DNA from: Moraxella nasovis
GTDB lineage: Bacteria > Pseudomonadota > Gammaproteobacteria > Pseudomonadales > Moraxellaceae
Direction: 5' to 3'
DNA length: 32,000 nt
Assembly: GCF_022701215.1 (NCBI RefSeq)
Contig: NZ_CP089976.1
Span: forward strand, 1,890,001 to 1,922,000
Below, piece by piece: positions 25,880-32,000 of the stretch. Every line of letters starts with the position of its first letter. The first letter of the stretch is position 1. The notes below the pieces were generated by a model. It worked only from the letters and a program-made list of their open reading frames with translations. It did not search any database and was not told the DNA's origin. The position numbers were made by a program, and so were the translations under genes.

Positions 25880-25977
25880 AAACTGTCCTAGTCTATCAAG
25901 CTAAAATTTAAGCTATTTTAGCAAATTTTTAGAAAATGGGCAAAGCCAATCTATCGCCATCAGCTTGCCAGTTACTC

Positions 25978-26739
25978 TTATTTAGCGATGGTTTTGCTAA
26001 GTTTTGCTAAGATTGCCCTTAGCATCGTATATTCTTTTTGGTCAAGCTGTAAGCGGCTTGATAGTCGTGATAAGCGTTTTGGTAAATCCTTTAAATCATC
26101 ATCGGCAAGATTTAATGCTTGCATCATCTGAATAAAGCTTGATTCTAAGGCTTGCTTTTGGTTATAAGTGATGGCAGGAGTATCCCAATCAACACGGTGT
26201 GTGATGGTAAGAGCGTGGACGGGGTCTTTGATGACGTCTGTAAAATGTGCGTATAACGCACTTGCAATGACTTGCACACTGCTTGCGACATTTAGCACAG
26301 GATAGGCAGGATTAGCTGGTATCTGAATATGATAATCTGCTAAGGCAAGCTCGTCATTTGTCAGACCACGGTCTTCACGCCCAAAGAGTATGGCAATCTT
26401 GGCATTGCTGTTTTTTGACAGAAAATTGTGCATTAAGACAGCAGACTGATTTGGCGTTACCACAGGGCGTGGCAAGTGACGACTGCGGCTGCTACAAGCA
26501 AAAATAAGTGATGCATCTTGTACTGCTGTGGGTAAATCTTTTGTGATTTGTGCAGATTGTAAAATGCTAACCCCGCCTGCAGCATTGGCAATACTGCTGT
26601 CGTCAATGGGAAGTTTTGGGTTTACGACTGTTAGGAGCGATAAGCCCATGGTGTGCATGGCACGAGCTGCTGATCCGATGTTAGCGGGTAATGTTGTACC
26701 CACCATAACGATGTGAATGTTGGCTAGAAAATCGGTCAT
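25978..26739 (-). CDS. trmJ: tRNA (cytidine/uridine-2-prime-O)-methyltransferase TrmJ (SpoU/TrmH class)
   Basis: 253-aa ORF: NIGSAARAMHTMG, LFGREDRGLTNDEL, IPANPAYPVLNVA, plus the C-terminal extension typical of TrmJ. Confidence 0.8.
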   Translation of the reverse strand: MTDFLANIHIVMVGTTLPANIGSAARAMHTMGLSLLTVVNPKLPIDDSSIANAAGGVSILQSAQITKDLPTAVQDASLIFACSSRSRHLPRPVVTPNQSAVLMHNFLSKNSNAKIAILFGREDRGLTNDELALADYHIQIPANPAYPVLNVASSVQVIASALYAHFTDVIKDPVHALTITHRVDWDTPAITYNQKQALESSFIQMMQALNLADDDLKDLPKRLSRLSSRLQLDQKEYTMLRAILAKLSKTIAK

Positions 26740-26757
26740 AATAGGGCTTTTTTTTGG

Positions 26758-29700
26758 TTAGTGTAATACCACATGCTGGCTTGATAAAATGTTTCGAAGT
26801 TGCTTAATATTCTCATCACTTGGAAACAGACGAAAGCGTTCATTAACTGCCAACTGAGAGATGCTGCAGTCATCATACAGATATAAAAAAATAGGCAAGC
26901 AAGCATCGCCCTTATTTAATTCTTCTAAGTCATCTTGTTCGCTCTGTCCAATGACAGATAAATTGGGTGCAGCATTTTCTTTAAGTAAAGAGATAACGTG
27001 ATCAATCTGATTAATGTTACAGCTATCAACCTTGATACTCACGCCTGATAAGTGCTTTAGTCTGGCCTGTAATAGGCTGTCGGCGTGCTGGAGTCTGCTA
27101 AATAGCCTACCTTCAAATTCACGAACGCTAACTTTAGCGATGATGATTGTACCGTTAAGTCCGCTGATTTTCTCCCAGTCTTGTTTGGGGATTTTGGGTA
27201 ACTCTTTTGCGTTTGGGATATTGTTTTCAAGTACAGGTTTTAGTCTCGTGTATTTATCCGTATAACAACTAATCTCCATACGGCAGCTGCCATCATCTAA
27301 GGTAATGGCGATTCGATTACCAAAATTAGCGACATCGACGACCACGCCTGCCACTTTGGCATATTTATTATGACCTGTATCATCTAATTCGGCGAGCGAT
27401 TTGACCGAAGTGTATCGTTTTAGTTCTTCTTTATACTCATTAATGGGGTGTCCTGTTAAGTATAGCCCAAGCGAATCTTTTTCGCCTTTGAGTCGTGTTT
27501 GATCGCCCCAGTAGACTTTTGGTAAAGGCGGGGCTACCTTTAGATCGTCATCAATATCGTCAAATAAATCAAATGTACCTGAGTTTTTGTTGTGGCGATT
27601 TTGTTCGGCAGCTTTCATGGCACTAGGCAACTGCTCCCACAAGCCGCCACGAATCTGATAGCTGTAATCGTGCGTATCGGTGATAAGATTTGGAGCTAAA
27701 GTCTCTGCCATTACATCAAAGCAGCCGCCACAAATCAAGGCTTCTAAAGCACGCTTGCCGACTTTTTTGGTATCGGCACGATTACAAAAATCATAAAGAT
27801 CGTGGAATCTGCCATCTTTTCTAGCATGAACGATGCTTTCTACTGCGTCTTTACCCACGCCTTTCACTGCACCAAGCCCAAAAATAATGGTTTTGCTGTC
27901 TTTGACGATAAAACGCCACTGACTGTGGTTAATGCTTGGTGGAACAACTGTTAGACCAAAATTATCAGTGCAGTCGCCAATCAGACCGACAATAGCATCG
28001 GTGTCGTCCATCTCAGATGTTAAGACTGCTGCCATAAATTCAGCAGGGTAGTAATATTTTAGGTAAGCTGTCTGATAGGCAAGTACGCCATAGGCTGCTG
28101 AATGCGACTTATTAAAGCCGTAGCCTGCAAATTTTTCTACCAAGTCAAAAATCTGACCTGCAAGTCTGCTGTCATTTCCTTGCCGTGCTGCCCCTTCTTC
28201 AAAGATGGCACGCTGCTTTGCCATCTCTTCTGGTTTTTTCTTACCCATAGCACGTCTTAGCATATCTGCACCGCCTAAGGTATAGCCTGCCAGCACCTGA
28301 GCGATTTGCATGACTTGTTCTTGATAGACGATGACGCCATAGGTTGATTTTAAGGAAGGCTCAAGATCAGCGTGCTGGTAGTCAGGGTGTGGGTAGGCGA
28401 CTTCTTGGATGCCGTGTTTACGGTCAATGAAGTCAGACACCATGCCAGATTCTAACGGTCCTGGTCGATATAAGGCACACATCGCAATGACGTCTTCAAT
28501 ATTAGTAGGTTTTAGCTGTTTTAGGTACTTTTTCATTCCCATGCTTTCAAGCTGGAATACAGCAGTGGTATTACCTGTCTGAAGAACTGATTGGTAAACA
28601 TCAGCATCATCTAAAGGTAAAGTGTCAAGATCGATAGGCTCTTCGCCTTTTTTGGCACGTGTTTCGTTAATGTTGTCAATCGCAGCTTGAATGACCGTTA
28701 AGTTACGCAAGCCCAAAAAGTCAAACTTGACAAGCCCCACCGCTTCCACATCGTCTTTATCAAACTGACTGACAGGGTGTCCTTCATCATCGCAATACAC
28801 AGGGCTAAAATCGCTGATGCGATTTGGGGCGATGAGTACACCCCCTGCGTGCTTACCGACGTTACGAATGATGCCTTCTAATTTTTCTGCCATGTCCCAA
28901 ATCTCTTTGGCGGCGGCATGGTCTGGGTGTGTAGAATCATCATTGAGCAGTTCTTGAAGTTGAACTTCTTCATTTAGGGCGTCAGCAAGTGAGATGCCGG
29001 GGGTTTTTGGAATGAGTTTTAACATTCTATTTGCCAAATCCGACTTCTTTTGAACTCGTGCCACATCTCGCACCACCGCACGAGCTGCCATTGTGCCGAA
29101 GGTGATAATCTGGGATACTGCTTGGCGTCCATAGGTGCGTGCTACATAATCAATCACTCGATCTCGCCCTTCGATACAAAAGTCGATGTCAAAGTCTGGC
29201 ATGGATACACGCTCTGGGTTTAAGAAGCGTTCAAACAGTAAATCATAGCGTAACGGATCAAGGTCTGTGATGTTTAAGGCGTATGCCACAAGAGAGCCAG
29301 CACCAGAACCACGACCAGGACCGACAGGCACGCCGTTATTTTTCGCCCAGCGGATAAAGTCCATAACGATTAAAAAGTAACCTGGAAACCCCATGCCGAT
29401 GATGATGTTTAATTCGTATTCAAGTCGCTCATCATAGGGCTTACGAATATCTGCCCAGTCATCTGTACGCTCAGCAACAGGGTACAGCTTATCTAAGCGA
29501 CGGTTTAGACCATCGGCAGATACTTTTCTAAAAAAACTCTCAACCGTCTCGCCTTTAGGAATGGGGAAATCTGGCAGCACATTAATGCCAAGCGTTAAGG
29601 TTACATTGCAGCGTGAGGCAAGCAAGCTTGTGTTTTTGATGATTTGGGGTAGGTCATCAAATAGCTTTGCCATCTCATCTTGGGATTTAAAATACTGCAA

Positions 29701-30462
29701 TGGGCTATAAAGGCGTGGGCGATTTGGGTCATTTAAAATACGCCTGCTTGCAATGCAGACACGAGCTTCATGAGCATCAAAGTCGCTACTGTCATCTACT
29801 TCTTTACCTGCGCCTGATGCATCTGGTACGGGGTTGATAAATCTGACATCATTATGAGCAACAGCTGCAATACCAAGCTGATTGGCAAGTTTGATGGCTT
29901 GGGCGTTAAAGTAGTTATCACTGTCTTTGGTGCGTTTAATGCCTAGATACAATCGATCGCCAAAAACTTGTTGCCACGCCTGCAATGTGGGAATTGCCTG
30001 TTCTGGATGGTTACTGTTCAAGGATTTTTCAATCTCTGATCTATCGGTTAAAATGGCGATAATGCCATCATTTCGACCAAAAAGAGCGTCTTTTGTGATG
30101 ATAGGGGTGTAGACTGCGGTGGCTTTATCATGCAGGGGGCGTTCGGTATAAGCATCTGAGATGAGTCTTAGTAGGTTTTTATAGCCATCATTATTCATGG
30201 CGTATAAAATAACGGTATGCCCAGCTTCTTCGGCGTCTTGGGTGATGGCATCGCCAATGGTTGCTTCTAGTCCCAGTATGGGCTTTATGCCTTTTTTTAT
30301 GCAGGCTTTATAGAACTTTACTGACGCAAACATATTATTATAGTCTGCAAGCCCAATGGCAGTTTGTCCATCTTTGGCTGCTGACTCGACCAGATCTTCA
30401 ATGCGGACGATTGAGTCCACGATGGCGTATTCGCTACGCACGCCAAGATGAGTGAATACCAT
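26758..30462 (-). CDS. dnaE: DNA polymerase III subunit alpha
   Basis: 1234-aa ORF with PHP domain, polymerase core (PDFDIDF, GLVKFDFLGLRNLT, YGFNKSHSAAY) and an OB-fold C-terminus. Confidence 0.95.
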   Translation of the reverse strand: MVFTHLGVRSEYAIVDSIVRIEDLVESAAKDGQTAIGLADYNNMFASVKFYKACIKKGIKPILGLEATIGDAITQDAEEAGHTVILYAMNNDGYKNLLRLISDAYTERPLHDKATAVYTPIITKDALFGRNDGIIAILTDRSEIEKSLNSNHPEQAIPTLQAWQQVFGDRLYLGIKRTKDSDNYFNAQAIKLANQLGIAAVAHNDVRFINPVPDASGAGKEVDDSSDFDAHEARVCIASRRILNDPNRPRLYSPLQYFKSQDEMAKLFDDLPQIIKNTSLLASRCNVTLTLGINVLPDFPIPKGETVESFFRKVSADGLNRRLDKLYPVAERTDDWADIRKPYDERLEYELNIIIGMGFPGYFLIVMDFIRWAKNNGVPVGPGRGSGAGSLVAYALNITDLDPLRYDLLFERFLNPERVSMPDFDIDFCIEGRDRVIDYVARTYGRQAVSQIITFGTMAARAVVRDVARVQKKSDLANRMLKLIPKTPGISLADALNEEVQLQELLNDDSTHPDHAAAKEIWDMAEKLEGIIRNVGKHAGGVLIAPNRISDFSPVYCDDEGHPVSQFDKDDVEAVGLVKFDFLGLRNLTVIQAAIDNINETRAKKGEEPIDLDTLPLDDADVYQSVLQTGNTTAVFQLESMGMKKYLKQLKPTNIEDVIAMCALYRPGPLESGMVSDFIDRKHGIQEVAYPHPDYQHADLEPSLKSTYGVIVYQEQVMQIAQVLAGYTLGGADMLRRAMGKKKPEEMAKQRAIFEEGAARQGNDSRLAGQIFDLVEKFAGYGFNKSHSAAYGVLAYQTAYLKYYYPAEFMAAVLTSEMDDTDAIVGLIGDCTDNFGLTVVPPSINHSQWRFIVKDSKTIIFGLGAVKGVGKDAVESIVHARKDGRFHDLYDFCNRADTKKVGKRALEALICGGCFDVMAETLAPNLITDTHDYSYQIRGGLWEQLPSAMKAAEQNRHNKNSGTFDLFDDIDDDLKVAPPLPKVYWGDQTRLKGEKDSLGLYLTGHPINEYKEELKRYTSVKSLAELDDTGHNKYAKVAGVVVDVANFGNRIAITLDDGSCRMEISCYTDKYTRLKPVLENNIPNAKELPKIPKQDWEKISGLNGTIIIAKVSVREFEGRLFSRLQHADSLLQARLKHLSGVSIKVDSCNINQIDHVISLLKENAAPNLSVIGQSEQDDLEELNKGDACLPIFLYLYDDCSISQLAVNERFRLFPSDENIKQLRNILSSQHVVLH

Positions 30463-30534
30463 AATACCCCAAATGTGTTTAATGCGATAAATAGGTGATT
30501 ATAGCATTGTTTTTCTTGTCAAATAAAGTTTTAT

Positions 30535-30809
30535 ATGATGGGTGTGGTAGATTGTAAGATAAATGCTGGGCGTTTAACGGCTTTGGTCAACACCATGTGG
30601 GTGGCTTATGATAGCCTAGACCCATTGGCGGTTATCGCACTGACTTAGGCTTTGCTTATTTGCAAACAGGCGATAAAGATAAATCTATTGATGACTTTTT
30701 ACTCATTGACCCAATCCGATGAGTGATGATGAACTTAAAGCTAGAAAATGAGCTAAACAATGAATCAGTAAATGGAGCGATGATAGTGATATTTAATCGT
30801 ATCAAGTAA
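30535..30809 (+). pseudogene. Possible remnant of a TPR-like gene
   Basis: Short protein-like reads are broken by stops and a frame change, e.g. GFAYLQTGDKDKSIDDFLLIDPIR-stop-VMMNLKLENELNNE. The G.AY...GD.DK.I.DF....DP pattern is TPR-like. The evidence is weak. Confidence 0.25.
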
Positions 30810-30813
30810 GTGA

Positions 30814-30842
30814 TTGACAGATTAAAGTATGCCTTATAAGAT
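30814..30842 (+). promoter_or_regulatory. Putative sigma-70 promoter of a small transcription unit
   Basis: TTGACA (30814-30819), a 17-bp spacer, then TAAGAT (30837-30842). Confidence 0.45.
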
Positions 30843-30878
30843 GCTATCTTAATTACTAGTTATCCAATGGGTGGCTAA

Positions 30879-30932
30879 ATGCTTGTATTATTAGCTTTTT
30901 TTTGGTTTTTGTTATTGCATCATTACTTTTAA
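30879..30932 (+). CDS. Tiny hydrophobic ORF (17 aa as assembled; 29 aa if the T8 tract were T9)
   Basis: MLVLLAFFWFLLLHHYF-stop. A +1 change in T8 (30896-30903) would give MLVLLAFFLVFVIASLLLMPIIITANYDD, ending at 30967. Not in the ORF track, which appears not to list short ORFs. Confidence 0.25.
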   Translation: MLVLLAFFWFLLLHHYF

Positions 30933-30975
30933 TGCCAATAATTATCACCGCCAACTATGATGATTAAGGTGGTAT

Positions 30976-31047
30976 ATGTCTTTATTGATGGGTTTTTTGC
31001 AATTTGGATTGCTGAATATAAACGACTTAGTGAACTTTACGAGTTAA
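30976..31047 (+). CDS. Tiny ORF (23 aa) with a strong SD
   Basis: AAGGTGG (30966-30972) lies 3 nt before the ATG at 30976. Product is MSLLMGFLQFGLLNINDLVNFTS. Confidence 0.3.
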   Translation: MSLLMGFLQFGLLNINDLVNFTS

Positions 31048-31082
31048 AAAAAAAGATGAATTGAAAAATTAAAATAAAACTT

Positions 31083-31105
31083 AACCGCCAATTGGGCGGT
31101 TTTTT
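31083..31105 (+). terminator. Rho-independent terminator closing the small transcription unit
   Basis: AACCGCC (31083-31089) pairs with GGCGGTT (31095-31101) around a 5-nt loop, with the T-run continuing to 31105. Confidence 0.7.
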
Positions 31106-31133
31106 ATGGGTGCATACATTACAAATAGAATTT

Positions 31134-31142
31134 TGGTATAAT
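31134..31142 (+). promoter_or_regulatory. Putative extended -10 element (TGGTATAAT) for recC
   Basis: TGnTATAAT match 24 nt upstream of the recC ATG. Confidence 0.4.
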
Positions 31143-31165
31143 CATTTTATTTTAGGCGAGCGTTC

Positions 31166-32000
31166 ATGTTTCATATTATCCAGTCGAACGATACCGATGT
31201 TTTGGTGGAGCAGCTACTGACATTTTATCAAGCTAAGGCAGACTGTGCTGATATTGCCGAGCAGATTTTTTCTACCTTTACAGTTATCACGCCATCTAAG
31301 GTGCTTGGGGATTGGCTATCAAAAGCCATCGCAACAAAAGCAGGGATTAGCACACTGTTTACGTCGCAGTTTTGGGGGCAGTATCAGTGGCGACTGATTG
31401 ATGATGTCTTAAGCGTAGAAAGTGGTCAAAAAGACGCTTTGGCAGTACCTGAAGTGGCGGTATTATCAGCAGCGGTCATGCGATGGCGACTGCTTGGTTT
31501 TTTTGGTGTGATGACTGATAAGGAGTATCGGCTTATCTTAGAAGATGAGTCGCATGTATTACACCGTTTTTTGGGATTGCTTTATGATGAGGCGACTGAC
31601 AGTGTGCCTGAATCTCGGCTGTGGCAGGCGTGTGATGAGCTTGCTCGGCTGTATGTGCGCTACCTTACCCAGCGACCCGAATGGCTTTTGGCGTGGGCAA
31701 ATGACACCGCTTTACCTGTGAGCGTTGAAGATATGATTGCCCAAAAAGACCGCTTTAGTACAGATTTTGGGGGAGTAGAACGGACGCCAGAGTGGCTTGA
31801 GCTGCATTATGTGCAGTTAGAGCGGCTACTGCGATTTTTATGGCAAACTTTATTTGGCAACACATATCAGTATAGGCAGTTGCTTGAAGAGCGTTTTTGG
31901 GATATTTTAGAACAAAAGCGTGGCGATGATAGCCATAAGCAGGCGATGTCTACACTCCCAAAACAGCTGTATTTATTCACCGTGCAGCAGATTCCGCCTG
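31166..32000 (+). CDS. recC: Exodeoxyribonuclease V subunit gamma, 5-prime partial (runs off the window)
   Basis: I translated from ATG 31166 to the window end and found no stop. MFHIIQSNDTDVLVEQLL... and YVRYLTQRPEWLLAW resemble the E. coli RecC N-terminus (MLRVYHSNRLDVL...; YLVYRPDWL). Absent from the ORF track, presumably because it is open-ended. Confidence 0.8.
   Translation, partial: MFHIIQSNDTDVLVEQLLTFYQAKADCADIAEQIFSTFTVITPSKVLGDWLSKAIATKAGISTLFTSQFWGQYQWRLIDDVLSVESGQKDALAVPEVAVLSAAVMRWRLLGFFGVMTDKEYRLILEDESHVLHRFLGLLYDEATDSVPESRLWQACDELARLYVRYLTQRPEWLLAWANDTALPVSVEDMIAQKDRFSTDFGGVERTPEWLELHYVQLERLLRFLWQTLFGNTYQYRQLLEERFWDILEQKRGDDSHKQAMSTLPKQLYLFTVQQIPP

Noticed and set aside
25896-25925. 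A/T-rich inverted repeat GCTAAAAT-N7-ATTTTAGC between trmJ and purD
   Set aside because: The stem is short and weak, with no G/C clamp or clear T-run. It does not resemble a PurR box. I cannot distinguish it from chance in AT-rich spacer.

Overview
This window reads as mostly core chromosome from an AT-rich gammaproteobacterium. Gene content and protein similarities suggest Moraxellaceae (Moraxella/Psychrobacter/Acinetobacter-like), but that is an inference and I ran no search. Recognisable housekeeping genes, in order: fpr, trmO/tsaA, a secreted WG-repeat protein, prfB with its programmed +1 frameshift, an AarC-like succinyl-CoA:acetate CoA-transferase, a tandemly duplicated tRNA-Val/tRNA-Asp pair, an AlaA-like aminotransferase with an in-frame N-terminal XRE helix-turn-helix domain, two YsnF/DUF2382 stress proteins (one with a PRC barrel), an RclA-like flavoprotein disulfide reductase, long-form leuA, a yjjP/yjjB-like ThrE-family exporter pair, ilvE, metZ, a Sel1-repeat protein, an FAH-family hydrolase, nrdB-yfaE, an ABC1/UbiB-family kinase, purD, trmJ, dnaE and the 5-prime part of recC. 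The only clearly accessory DNA is an AT-richer block of about 2.1 kb (4620-6717, minus strand) between prfB and the CoA-transferase gene. It holds the broken remains of a single-chain nuclease-methylase-specificity (type IIB/IIG-like) restriction-modification gene, and most of the breaks lie in or next to homopolymer runs. I found no intact defence system, transposase, integrase, CRISPR array or prophage. The items I would look at again are: (1) the HTH-aminotransferase fusion and the dense ACTTGCAA/TTGCAAGT repeat array just upstream of it; (2) a perfect 29-bp palindrome in the rclA-like/leuA divergent region; (3) a promoter-to-terminator mini transcription unit with two tiny ORFs and a T8 tract in the dnaE-recC spacer; (4) the restriction-modification relic; (5) the recombination-prone 102-bp tandem repeats in the WG-repeat gene. 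All function calls rest on my reading of the supplied translations. No database search was run.
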